Source of the DNA: Nanobdellota archaeon
GTDB taxonomy: Archaea > Nanobdellota > Nanobdellia > Woesearchaeales > GW2011-AR4
DNA length: 64,000 nt
NCBI GenBank assembly: GCA_038046385.1
Contig: JBBSWH010000009.1
Span: 32,001 to 96,000, forward strand
Direction of reading: 5' to 3'
A model generated the notes under the pieces. That model was not told where the DNA came from and ran no database searches. It worked only from the letters and a program-made list of their open reading frames with translations. A program made the translations under genes and the position numbers. Of this stretch, positions 10,222 to 19,736 are shown piece by piece; within the stretch, counting starts at the first letter, position 1; each line of letters begins with the position of its first letter.

Positions 10222-11825
10222 CAAAAAAATCCAAAAAAATCCTCCGAAGCACTGAATTTAAGATATTTTTGACAGCATGGATTGTTTATGCATTTTACTT
10301 ACAGATGTATGGCAGCAGCTGCATGGCAAACTCCCAGTCTGCCCTCACTGCAGCAATTGTAAACGAGGGAAGATTGCAGATAGACACATACCAAAAAGTC
10401 AGCTGCGATATATCTTTTTATAATGGCCATTATTACTCAGGCCAGCCACCAGGGATATCTTTTATTTCAGCGCCGCTCTACATTGCGGCCAAGCCGGCTT
10501 TTAGCCTAATACCGGACAGCACCATCGACTCACTTTATCAAAAACTCGAGAATTATGGAGATAAGCTGCCTCCTGATTATTGGGGAAATAAAAAAACCAT
10601 ATCCAGCTATTTTTCCAGCCTAAGCAAAAGGCAAATACTGGAATATCTTTTTATTTCCGGATTTATTCTGCCTCTGTTCACAACTGCATTAATCAGCGCG
10701 CTGTCTGTTGCTGTATTCTACATGTTCATAAAAAACTTCACAAAAAAAGAATATTTAAGGCTGCTTTCCACAGCACTTTATGCTTTCGGCACAATAGGCT
10801 TTCACCTGTCAACATTATTTTTTGAAAGGCCAATTGCCATAGCAGTATTCTTTATGGCTTTTTTTATCATATTCAGAATAAGGCACGGCCAGCTAAATCC
10901 AAATTTAACTATGCTATTTTTGACAGGGCTGCTTGCAGGCTCATCTGCGGCATTTGACTATTTTCATGCGCTTGCATTGCCGCTGCTGGCTGTTTATTTG
11001 GCGTTATTCTTCACAGAATACAAAAAATCCAAAGACGGCGGCATAAAAAAACTTTTCAGCATCAGAATTTCCAAGCCAAACATATCCCTAATTCTGGCTT
11101 TTGCCATAGGGATGTCAATACCCCTATTGATGCTCGGGTGGTACCATTACGCAACATTCGACAGCCCATTTGCAATTTCTTATTCGCACAGGATTGTTGA
11201 AACAAGCGACGCAAAAATTTCCGACATAGCCAATGCAAAACTTCCAGCCATGTCTACAATATATTATGTACTTGAATTTTTTCTGAATTCTCCAATAATG
11301 ATTCTTGCAATTCTTGCCCCATATGCAGCTCTGAGGAGAAAAGACATGTTTTTTTATGATTTTGCCTTTATTGGAATACTAATAGCCGCTTCTTTTGTTT
11401 TTGCTTTGGCGCTGGCTCTGGTTTACCCGACTGTCGCCCCTCAATTTAACAGGCACATGACTCCAATAATACCTTACTGCTTTTTGGCTCTGCCTTATCT
11501 TATTCCCCAAAAAAAGAACAATAAAAGCAGAAGAATGCTGAGGATTATTGTAGCTATAGGGATTTTATCAATATTCTTCAACTGGATAAACACAATGTAC
11601 GAAGATGCGGATAATTTTGACTTAAGAAACAAAAGAGCCGATTTTCTACCTTATTTTTTCAGCCATGGCCCATCATCCCCTTTTACTTCAGCGCTATCAG
11701 GCATATTCAGAATAAACAACCTAATCTTAAACTTAGCAGGGCTTGCCGCACTTGTATGTATCCTTCTCTTCATATGGAAACGCCACTGGAATTTGAAATA
11801 TTTTATGAATACAAAAAAGCAATAA
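10218..11825 (+). CDS. GT-C-like polytopic membrane protein
   Basis: DISFYNGHYYSGQPPG luminal motif, many TM helices and RHMTP. Confidence 0.6.
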   Translation: MTKKSKKILRSTEFKIFLTAWIVYAFYLQMYGSSCMANSQSALTAAIVNEGRLQIDTYQKVSCDISFYNGHYYSGQPPGISFISAPLYIAAKPAFSLIPDSTIDSLYQKLENYGDKLPPDYWGNKKTISSYFSSLSKRQILEYLFISGFILPLFTTALISALSVAVFYMFIKNFTKKEYLRLLSTALYAFGTIGFHLSTLFFERPIAIAVFFMAFFIIFRIRHGQLNPNLTMLFLTGLLAGSSAAFDYFHALALPLLAVYLALFFTEYKKSKDGGIKKLFSIRISKPNISLILAFAIGMSIPLLMLGWYHYATFDSPFAISYSHRIVETSDAKISDIANAKLPAMSTIYYVLEFFLNSPIMILAILAPYAALRRKDMFFYDFAFIGILIAASFVFALALALVYPTVAPQFNRHMTPIIPYCFLALPYLIPQKKNNKSRRMLRIIVAIGILSIFFNWINTMYEDADNFDLRNKRADFLPYFFSHGPSSPFTSALSGIFRINNLILNLAGLAALVCILLFIWKRHWNLKYFMNTKKQ

Positions 11826-11858
11826 CTATTTAAAATAAGGGGGATTTTTTGAGCTATA

Positions 11859-12545
11859 ATGGGCAGCAATAAAAATAAGGTTACTGCAGTCATCCCGGCA
11901 TATAACGAGGAGGAAACAATAAGGGACGTTATAAAATCCGTGAGGCCGCATGTTGATAAAATTCTTGTAGTCCTCTCAAAAAATTCAAGCGACGGAACAG
12001 AAAGAATCCTAAAATCAATGAAAATTGACTATGTCATTGATCACGGCAAGGGCAAAGGAGATGCATTAAGGCAAGGCGCAATGGAAGTTACAACTGGAAT
12101 AACTCTTTTTATAGATGCTGACGGCTCCCACGAAACAAACGACATACCAAAACTGCTTAACCCAATTAAGAACGGCTCTGCTGATATGGTTGTCGGCTCA
12201 AGGGCAACCGGAGGAAGCGACGAACTGCACGGAACGCTTTATATGTTCCTGAAGCACATTGCAACAGGGCTCATTATGCTAATAATAAATTACCGCTGGG
12301 GCGTCAGGCTTACAGAATGCGAGAATGGCTTCAGGGCAATAAGAACAAGCGTTTTGAGAAGCCTTGGCCTAAAGGCAAACCATTTTGACATCGAGCAGGA
12401 GATGGTTATGAAGGCACTAAAGAAAAAAATACACATAAAAGAAGTTTCATCACATGAATACGAGCGCAAAGGCGGCCAGTCGAAGCTCTTTATATTAAGA
12501 AGCGGATGGAGGTTTTTTTGGCGCCTCCTGATTGATATCTGGTAA
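11859..12545 (+). CDS. GT2 glycosyltransferase (DPM1-like)
   Basis: VIPAYNEE, GKGDA, IDADGSH, VGSR and ERKGGQSKL motifs. Confidence 0.9.
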   Translation: MGSNKNKVTAVIPAYNEEETIRDVIKSVRPHVDKILVVLSKNSSDGTERILKSMKIDYVIDHGKGKGDALRQGAMEVTTGITLFIDADGSHETNDIPKLLNPIKNGSADMVVGSRATGGSDELHGTLYMFLKHIATGLIMLIINYRWGVRLTECENGFRAIRTSVLRSLGLKANHFDIEQEMVMKALKKKIHIKEVSSHEYERKGGQSKLFILRSGWRFFWRLLIDIW

Positions 12546-12548
12546 AAA

Positions 12549-13472
12549 ATGAAAGTTTTTATTTCAGGAGTCAACGGTTTTGTCGGCGAACACCTTTCCA
12601 GCTTTTTTTTATCAAAAGGATTTCAAGTTTATGGGAATGGGCGCTCAAATTTCAAGAAAGACGGGGTTAAATATTATAAGCTCGACGTTCTAGACAGTAA
12701 AAAGCTAAAATCAATTATTGCAGAAATAAATCCTGATATTATAGTGCATCTTGCAGCATTCAGCTCTGTAAAGGGATGCAATGAAAATCCCGGCGTATGC
12801 GAAGAAATAAACGTCACCGGCACTAAAAATATCCTTGATTCAGCAGCCGCGCTTAAAAAGAAACCGAAGATCCTTGTTGTGAGCTCCGGAGAGGTTTACG
12901 GAAACCAGAAGCCACCGTTCAGGGAAACGCTGGAGCTTTGCCCGATAAGCCCATATGGACAGATTAAAAAGAAACAGGAAGAAGCGTGCATGTATTATTT
13001 CAAAAAACACAGGCTTAGGATAATAATCGCAAGAAGCTTTCAACATGCCGGCCCTGGCCAGCAGCCAATATATGCAATCTCTGATTTTGCAAAGCAGATA
13101 GCCGAGATAGAAAAAAAAATCAGGGAACCGGTAATAAAAGCCGGAAATCTTGATGTCAAAAGAGATTTTACTGACATAAGGGATGTAGTCAGGGCATATT
13201 TGCTTGCGATAGAGAAATGCACAGACGGAGAAACATATAATATCTGCTCAGGCAAACCGCACTCAATAAGGGAAATACTTCAAAAGATAGTATCATACAC
13301 AGATACAAAAATAAAAATTATCCAGGACCCTGCAAAAATCAGGCCAAACAACATACCGATACTGCAGGGAGACTGCACAAAATTTACTGAGTGCACTGGA
13401 TGGCGCCCTGAAATACCTATTGAAGATACATTAAAAGATACTTTGAATTACTGGAGAAACAAGATAAAATAA
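12549..13472 (+). CDS. Extended SDR, GDP-4-keto-6-deoxymannose reductase (Rmd)-like / Gmd-like
   Basis: SGVNGFVG, HLAAFSSV, SSGEVYG, catalytic YGQIK, GNLDVKRDFTDIRDVVRAY and TGWRPEIP motifs. Confidence 0.75.
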   Translation: MKVFISGVNGFVGEHLSSFFLSKGFQVYGNGRSNFKKDGVKYYKLDVLDSKKLKSIIAEINPDIIVHLAAFSSVKGCNENPGVCEEINVTGTKNILDSAAALKKKPKILVVSSGEVYGNQKPPFRETLELCPISPYGQIKKKQEEACMYYFKKHRLRIIIARSFQHAGPGQQPIYAISDFAKQIAEIEKKIREPVIKAGNLDVKRDFTDIRDVVRAYLLAIEKCTDGETYNICSGKPHSIREILQKIVSYTDTKIKIIQDPAKIRPNNIPILQGDCTKFTECTGWRPEIPIEDTLKDTLNYWRNKIK

Positions 13473-13514
13473 CAGCATAACTACATTAAGTTCTAAAAAT
13501 ACAAACGGCTACAA

Positions 13515-13844
13515 TCACCTGCGCCTGAAGTGCTTTGCCGCAAATCCAGACGCTGTCATAATAATAAAAGCCAGAAAGATTGACAGTTTAAATGATATAA
13601 ACATTCCGAGCCAGTACACTATTGAAGGGAATATTCCAACTCCAATAAAAAATGCAAAGACAAGCATTTCTTCATGGTTCAAATCAAAATTCCCTAAAAT
13701 AATGTAACTCGGTACAATGAAAAAAAGAATGATTCCCAATACCGACATTGCTCCAGATATTCCCAGTATGAAATAAAAAAATACCAGTATCAAAGCTATA
13801 ATAATTCCAATAAATCCGAAATTTTCATTCTTAGGAAGGCTCAT
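13515..13844 (-). CDS. Small multi-TM membrane protein, paralog of 9841..10221
   Basis: FFIVPSYII...LNHEEMLVFAFFIGVG aligns with the 9841 protein. Overlaps the upstream GT-C-like gene. Confidence 0.6.
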   Translation of the reverse strand: MSLPKNENFGFIGIIIALILVFFYFILGISGAMSVLGIILFFIVPSYIILGNFDLNHEEMLVFAFFIGVGIFPSIVYWLGMFISFKLSIFLAFIIMTASGFAAKHFRRR

Positions 13845-15447
13845 ATTTGTACACCCTTATGTTGTTTTTATTGTATAACAGCGTGTGGTTTCCCATATAC
13901 TGCTGCTCAAATGCGAGCCATTGATCCACAAATCTTCTTTCTTGAAGCATCCCAATTTGAGAATAATCAAACATGATATAATCATTCAAAAGGTGGTATC
14001 TTGCGATTTCCGGATTATCTTTGTACTTTTTCCAAGTCAGGAATCCTTCAAAAGGAAGGCTTATCCTAAGCGAGTAAGAAGATATCCAATACACCATCTG
14101 GCCCATCCCATCCCAAGGGGGGCCCATCACAGACACATTCATATCTTCAGGGACGTTTTGCTTTATCCACTCGCTGGCTTCCATTTGAGGCGGAATAAGC
14201 CTTATTATTGGCGAGTTATAGGCTCCTGCAAGGGTAGACTGCGCCATGGGAAAATTATAGCTTAAAGCCAGAAACACAAACACAGCAGCCCCTATATATT
14301 TCAAAATATTCTGGTATTTTTTCAAAAAAACAAGAAACGACGGAATGGACAGAATACCTATTGCAGTTATAGGCACGAAAATATGAGCAGAAGCCGACAA
14401 AGACCTGTGGAGGAAGAAATATTTCCCAATGAAATCCCTGTGCAATATCAAATAAAGGCTTATGAGCCATGCCAAAAGGAACAAATCCCTGTTTTCCCTC
14501 CTTATAACAAGTACCAGGATTCCAATGAGCAGGAAAGGAAGCGTCCAATTGCCATGCATTTCGCTGAATGAAAAATAAGATGCAGGAACAGAGCCGATAA
14601 AATCTTTTGGGTCAGGGGCCCATTGAAAGAGCCTGGAGACAGAAGGATAATCATGCTTCTTCTTGGATTTCTCCATGAATGATTTTATTACATTTCCAGT
14701 CTGGTAAGGGAATATTGACAGCAGGAAAATAAAAAGCACAAGCGCAATGCCAATATGCTTGAAATTCAACGGGAGTTTTTTGTTTTTGATTAAGAGGAAT
14801 ATTCCAAGAACAAGCAACCCGACCATAGAATGAAAGAAAGAAAGCGGATGCACCATCATCTGGACAGCAAGAAGAATACCCATAATGTAAAGATAATGCG
14901 GCTTGCTTGACTCTTTAGTGTACGATAAATAATACTCATAAAAACAATAAAGAATCAGAGGAATGAATGCATATCCAAACCTTTCAGGCCACTGCCCCCA
15001 TAAATACGGCATTATATCTCTCATGGAAAAAGAAAGCAGGAAAGAAGAAAGTATTGCAGGCAAAAATCCATACAGGCTTCTTATAACAAAAAACAAGGAT
15101 ACCAATATCGCTGTTGCAAATATTGCATTGGTAAGGTAAACAGGAACAACCCTTTCAGGAGCAAATGATGATATTATTGCAAGGTCTGTGTGAAAAGGAG
15201 GAGGGTACCATAATGTATGCGGCCTGAATGAATTCTGGCCGCCATAAGAATAATCTATAAAAGGGGGAAGATCTATAAATGTTTTATCTGTCTCGGCAAT
15301 ATAATCTGACAGTTCCCAGTGGGAGATTGCATCAAACTCTCCGTAAGGGGTCCTGTTTTTCTGGAAAGGCAATGTCCACATGTATAATGCAAAAAGATAA
15401 ACTGCAAGAAAGATTATAGACTCTACATGGCTTTTTTTTATCTTCAT
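13831..15447 (-). CDS. GT-C-like polytopic membrane protein (paralog of 8205..9839)
   Basis: PYGEFDAISHW...WYPPPFH and LWGQWPE motifs with the same TM layout as the 8205 protein. Confidence 0.6.
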   Translation of the reverse strand: MKIKKSHVESIIFLAVYLFALYMWTLPFQKNRTPYGEFDAISHWELSDYIAETDKTFIDLPPFIDYSYGGQNSFRPHTLWYPPPFHTDLAIISSFAPERVVPVYLTNAIFATAILVSLFFVIRSLYGFLPAILSSFLLSFSMRDIMPYLWGQWPERFGYAFIPLILYCFYEYYLSYTKESSKPHYLYIMGILLAVQMMVHPLSFFHSMVGLLVLGIFLLIKNKKLPLNFKHIGIALVLFIFLLSIFPYQTGNVIKSFMEKSKKKHDYPSVSRLFQWAPDPKDFIGSVPASYFSFSEMHGNWTLPFLLIGILVLVIRRENRDLFLLAWLISLYLILHRDFIGKYFFLHRSLSASAHIFVPITAIGILSIPSFLVFLKKYQNILKYIGAAVFVFLALSYNFPMAQSTLAGAYNSPIIRLIPPQMEASEWIKQNVPEDMNVSVMGPPWDGMGQMVYWISSYSLRISLPFEGFLTWKKYKDNPEIARYHLLNDYIMFDYSQIGMLQERRFVDQWLAFEQQYMGNHTLLYNKNNIRVYKYEPS

Positions 15448-15448
15448 T

Positions 15449-16669
15449 TTAAATAATCTTTTTTACTGTTTTATATACTTTTTCAACTTCAATGCTTTTG
15501 AGGCACAGATTGTCATTGCACGGGCTTAATCTCTGGTTGAATGCAGAAACGCAAGGGCTGCATGCATAATTTGAGTACATGACGGTGCAATTATCAGTCA
15601 AAGGCCTGTAAAGCTCCGGTGTTTCAGGCCCAAAAAACACAATTATGTGTATATTTGTCAATGACGCAAAATGAGCAGGCCCGCTGTCGTTTGTTATCAA
15701 TACGCTTCCTATATTGAACAGGTCAACAAGCTGCCTTAAAGTCGTTTTTCCGGTCAAATCAATGACCCTTTTGCTTTTTACATAGCCGGTTATGTACTCT
15801 GCATCTGATTTTTCATTTGCCACTCCGGTTATTACAGCATAGACATCTTTGTCCTCAACTAATTTTTTCACAAGCTTTGCGTAATTTTCCAGTGGCCATT
15901 TTCTTATGCTTATCAGCTTGCTGGCATTTGGGTTCACAAGAACAATTTTTTTATTTTCGCTTATTTCCGGATTTATTTCTTTAAGCATTTTCCATATATT
16001 CTGCTTTGATTTGCTGTCAGAAACTATTTTTGGCACTTCAAGTTTTTCATTTGATATGGAAAATTTTGCCATTGGAATTTCGTTTACCGGAGACTGCAAA
16101 GAGCTGACCAAAGCAATAAATGAGTGCGCAGTGTGTATGTGCGGGTTGTATATCACTTTATGAGTTACAAAATTTCCTATGTAAAGCCCCTCCTGACTGT
16201 ACCTGTAGAAGCTTACTCTTTTTCCTGCCCCGCTCAAGTAACCCAGTATTGCGCTGTACCTTGCAAACATTTCTAAATTTATTGCAGTATCAATATTTTT
16301 TTGCCTGCATATAATCATAAACTTAATAGTGTCTCTTACCAGAGTAAATACTGACTTAACTTCTATAGTTATGACATTTTCTTTCGGCACAACATCAAGC
16401 AAATCCATGCTTGCTTCTATATGCTTGAAAAGCAGAAAGTAAACATTGGAGTTTGGATAATTTTTCTTCAGCTTTTTGATTGCAGGATAAGCCAGAACAG
16501 TGCTTCCCATCTCTGCTAACTCTATCAGCAGTATGTTTTTTGGCTTCTCGCTGTATTTTGGGCTTTTTAATCCAATAAGCCTTTGTACTTTATACATAAC
16601 TGACAAAATAAAGCATATTGGCATGCCTATCCAATAATCAAATCTCCTCATAGTGTTTGGCTCAATCAC
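15449..16669 (-). CDS. GT9 glycosyltransferase (ADP-heptose heptosyltransferase family)
   Basis: ILLIELAEMGS, RKWPLENY, DLTGKTTL, ITNDSGPAH, FFGPETP and CSPC...C motifs. GTG start. Confidence 0.9.
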   Translation of the reverse strand: MIEPNTMRRFDYWIGMPICFILSVMYKVQRLIGLKSPKYSEKPKNILLIELAEMGSTVLAYPAIKKLKKNYPNSNVYFLLFKHIEASMDLLDVVPKENVITIEVKSVFTLVRDTIKFMIICRQKNIDTAINLEMFARYSAILGYLSGAGKRVSFYRYSQEGLYIGNFVTHKVIYNPHIHTAHSFIALVSSLQSPVNEIPMAKFSISNEKLEVPKIVSDSKSKQNIWKMLKEINPEISENKKIVLVNPNASKLISIRKWPLENYAKLVKKLVEDKDVYAVITGVANEKSDAEYITGYVKSKRVIDLTGKTTLRQLVDLFNIGSVLITNDSGPAHFASLTNIHIIVFFGPETPELYRPLTDNCTVMYSNYACSPCVSAFNQRLSPCNDNLCLKSIEVEKVYKTVKKII

Positions 16670-16775
16670 TTCAGCTTAAAATCCGAAATTTGTTTTTAAA
16701 GGTTTGCTTTGGAAAAGGGGTAATTTGAGCACACTCTAAAAACATTTTTAAAGCACTGTTCATAAGTTTTAGACT

Positions 16776-17780
16776 ATGAAAATAGCTATTTTGACACCGA
16801 CTTTTAGCTATCACAGCGGAATAGACAGAGTTGTGCAGCAGCAGGCAGAAGACTATGCGAGAAAAGGCAGCAAAGTGACTGTTATAGCGCTTGAGGCAGA
16901 TATAAAGCCGAAAAACTACAGTGTAGAGATTCTCGGCACACCAAAAAACCAATTATTGCAGCGCCTTCATAGGCTGCTTTTTTTCCTTGACTTCGGCAAA
17001 ATGCAATATTACAAGAAACTTGCAGATTATGATCTTGTGATAAGCCATTTCTATCCAATGAACTGGCTAGCTTACAAAGCAAAAAAACATTTTAAAGTCA
17101 AATATTTTTATTTTAATCACGGCATAAACACAGAAGAGCTTGGAAGCCCTCTGCAGAAAGTTTACATGAAATTATTTTCTTTTTTCAATAACATCACACT
17201 GAAAAACGTAGATGAAGCGTTTTCCGTGAGCAAATATGTTCAACAATCTTTGAAAAAAGAATCAGGGATGGACAGCAAAGTTGTTTACAACAAAATTGAC
17301 ACTCAAAAATTCAATCCAAAAGTAAGCGGAGACAAGATAAGAAAAAAATACAATATTCAATCTAAAAAAGTGCTGCTGTATGTCGGCAGGATTGCTCCGC
17401 ATAAGGGCATTCACCTCCTTATCGAAGCGTTCAAAGTCATTAAATCAAAGATTCCAGATGCTGTACTTCTTATTGTTGGCAAGCCGACATTTAGCAATTA
17501 TTTCAACAAACTAAAAAAAACTGCAGGAGATGGAGTTGTATTTGCAGGATTTGTTGCTGATAAGGATTTGCCAAATTACTATGCAGCATGCGATGTTTAT
17601 GCGACAGCATCATTATGGGAGGGATTTGATTTGCCGGCAGCAGAGGCACAGGCCTGCGGGAAAAGAGTTGTTGCATTCAATATAGGATCACATCCGGAGA
17701 TAGTAAAGAATGGAATTCTCGTTGAAAAAGCCAACGCGGAGAATTTTTCAAATGCCGTAATTAAACTGCTTTCACTATAG
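16776..17780 (+). CDS. GT4 glycosyltransferase
   Basis: YVGRIAPHKG and SLWEGFDLPAAEAQACG (EX7E). Confidence 0.9.
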   Translation: MKIAILTPTFSYHSGIDRVVQQQAEDYARKGSKVTVIALEADIKPKNYSVEILGTPKNQLLQRLHRLLFFLDFGKMQYYKKLADYDLVISHFYPMNWLAYKAKKHFKVKYFYFNHGINTEELGSPLQKVYMKLFSFFNNITLKNVDEAFSVSKYVQQSLKKESGMDSKVVYNKIDTQKFNPKVSGDKIRKKYNIQSKKVLLYVGRIAPHKGIHLLIEAFKVIKSKIPDAVLLIVGKPTFSNYFNKLKKTAGDGVVFAGFVADKDLPNYYAACDVYATASLWEGFDLPAAEAQACGKRVVAFNIGSHPEIVKNGILVEKANAENFSNAVIKLLSL

Positions 17781-17835
17781 AGAATTTTGAATCTAATATA
17801 TAATCCAGATAGGTTATTCAAAGTTCTCTATAATT

Positions 17836-18549
17836 TTATATTTTTTTTATATTTTCCATCCATAGGATTATTCTTAGCATTATTAAGTCAGAAAATGCCT
17901 TGAAAGTCCTCAATACTATGCTTTTTTTCCTTTTTCTTTCTTCATGCACTATTATATCTCTTTCTATTATCCTAAGATTGCGGTACTGGGCTCTGATTAT
18001 GACCTCGCTTGAAAATACCGATCTTCCCATAACTGCGAGTTTTATTATATTGGCTACCTTTTTCCTATTATAGACTATTAAACTATGGGTGTCAGTCACT
18101 TTCAGCCCGAAAAGCGTTTTAAGCGCAAAATTATATCCGTGAGATATCACTCTTCTGAATATCGGCCTTTGGTCGCAGCCCGGCCTTGACTTGGTTCCGA
18201 CTACAATATCATTTTTCTTGAGCAGGGGCATTGAGGATTTTATGAATTCTACATCATACCAGTCCACAGAGGCGTTCGCAAGATATTTTCCGGTTGCACT
18301 CAGATAACCCTGCCTGAGCGCTTTTCCAATGTTAGCTTCTGCAATGCTGCTTACTTTTATTTCCGGCCGCTTGATTTCAATCCTGCGGAGAATCTCAAGC
18401 GTTCTGTCGCTGCTCCCGTTTTCAGAGCATATTATTTCAAACGAGTTTCCAAAAACACCCTTCATTTTTTTGTCTATATCCAGTATTATCTTTTCAACGA
18501 TTTTTTCCTCGTTGTGAATTGGTATAACCAAAGAAATTTTAGGTTTCAT
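17836..18549 (-). CDS. GT2 glycosyltransferase
   Basis: VIPIHNEE, ENGSSDRT, DIVVGTK and VTDTH. The DxD region is atypical (SVDW). Confidence 0.85.
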   Translation of the reverse strand: MKPKISLVIPIHNEEKIVEKIILDIDKKMKGVFGNSFEIICSENGSSDRTLEILRRIEIKRPEIKVSSIAEANIGKALRQGYLSATGKYLANASVDWYDVEFIKSSMPLLKKNDIVVGTKSRPGCDQRPIFRRVISHGYNFALKTLFGLKVTDTHSLIVYNRKKVANIIKLAVMGRSVFSSEVIIRAQYRNLRIIERDIIVHEERKRKKSIVLRTFKAFSDLIMLRIILWMENIKKI

Positions 18550-18576
18550 TTTTTATCCGCTCATAGCATGAATTTC

Positions 18577-19590
18577 CTAAACGGCTTTTAAACTTTGCTG
18601 TTGTTTTTTTTCTGCAAGAAGAAGGAAAAGAGGCAGAATCCCTGTAATTGCGAACAGCATTAAGGACAAGGTATGGACAGCAACCGCATAGGCAACCGCG
18701 CTGCTCTGGCCTATTCCGAATGAGATAAGCGGAAGGGCTATTCCGGTCTCATAAGTCCCGAAATTCGCAATTCCCTGCAATGGAATCACAACCGCAAAGC
18801 CCAGCACAACAAGTACAATTATAGATTGTATTATGCCAAGGGAGCCCAGGTTGACGCTCCTGAAAAGCGCCAGGAGCAGCAAAGCCTGCAGTGCCCATAT
18901 CAGAATGCTAATGACTGCAACTCTGAATAGCACAATAGCCCCGAGCTTTGAGAAAGACTCTACAGATATTCTTAGCCTTTTAAGCACATAATCGGCTGCT
19001 TTTATTTTGTAGAAGGGAGTTTTCCTTATTACTGCCTTTAGCATCCCCAATGCCCATTTTCCCCTCGTAATCAGCAAAAAGAGCAGTGTTATCATCGCTA
19101 AAACAACTATTGCAAGCGGCACTTTGACAGAATTAATTAAAAGATTATTCGAAGGAAAAGCCAAAACTGCCATCAAAAAAAGAATGCCAAGAGATATGAA
19201 ATCAAAAATTCTTGACGCTGCCCAGCTGACTATTCTTTCTCCTGTTTTGAGCCCGCCTCTTTTTCTGGTCAACAGCAAGTATGAAATTTCTCCAGACTTA
19301 AGCGGCATTACATTTGAAAGGAAATTGTAGGAAGCAGTTATCTTGAACAGCTCTGCAAAAGGAATATCTTTGGTGAGAAGCATTCGGAATCGAAATGTCT
19401 TAAGGATTAAAATGCCAGTGTACATAACAAGGCACAGGGCAAAAAATGGAAAAGATAATTGGGAAAGAATATTCGCTATTGTATGAATATCTGTTTTTGA
19501 AAAAAGGTAAATAAATAATATAATGCTCCCAATCATGCTGGCCAATATTTTTATTTTATGCGTCAATTCAGTTTGCACCTTATTTTTCAT
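18577..19590 (-). CDS. UPF0104 / lysylphosphatidylglycerol-synthase-TM-like membrane protein (putative flippase)
   Basis: RFRMLL...NFLSNVMPLKSGE...RIFD...P.QG..GTYE pattern of the UPF0104 family. Confidence 0.8.
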   Translation of the reverse strand: MKNKVQTELTHKIKILASMIGSIILFIYLFSKTDIHTIANILSQLSFPFFALCLVMYTGILILKTFRFRMLLTKDIPFAELFKITASYNFLSNVMPLKSGEISYLLLTRKRGGLKTGERIVSWAASRIFDFISLGILFLMAVLAFPSNNLLINSVKVPLAIVVLAMITLLFLLITRGKWALGMLKAVIRKTPFYKIKAADYVLKRLRISVESFSKLGAIVLFRVAVISILIWALQALLLLALFRSVNLGSLGIIQSIIVLVVLGFAVVIPLQGIANFGTYETGIALPLISFGIGQSSAVAYAVAVHTLSLMLFAITGILPLFLLLAEKKQQQSLKAV

Positions 19591-19736
19591 GACAAAGACA
19601 TATTAGGATAATAATCTATGTTAAGACTGGCAATTGAATGCCTGCTAAAAAATAACTTAATTATAAAAATAATAAAACTTAACTTTGTTAATGCAATACT
19701 TTTATTCTTATGATTTGATAGGAAAACCATAGACTC

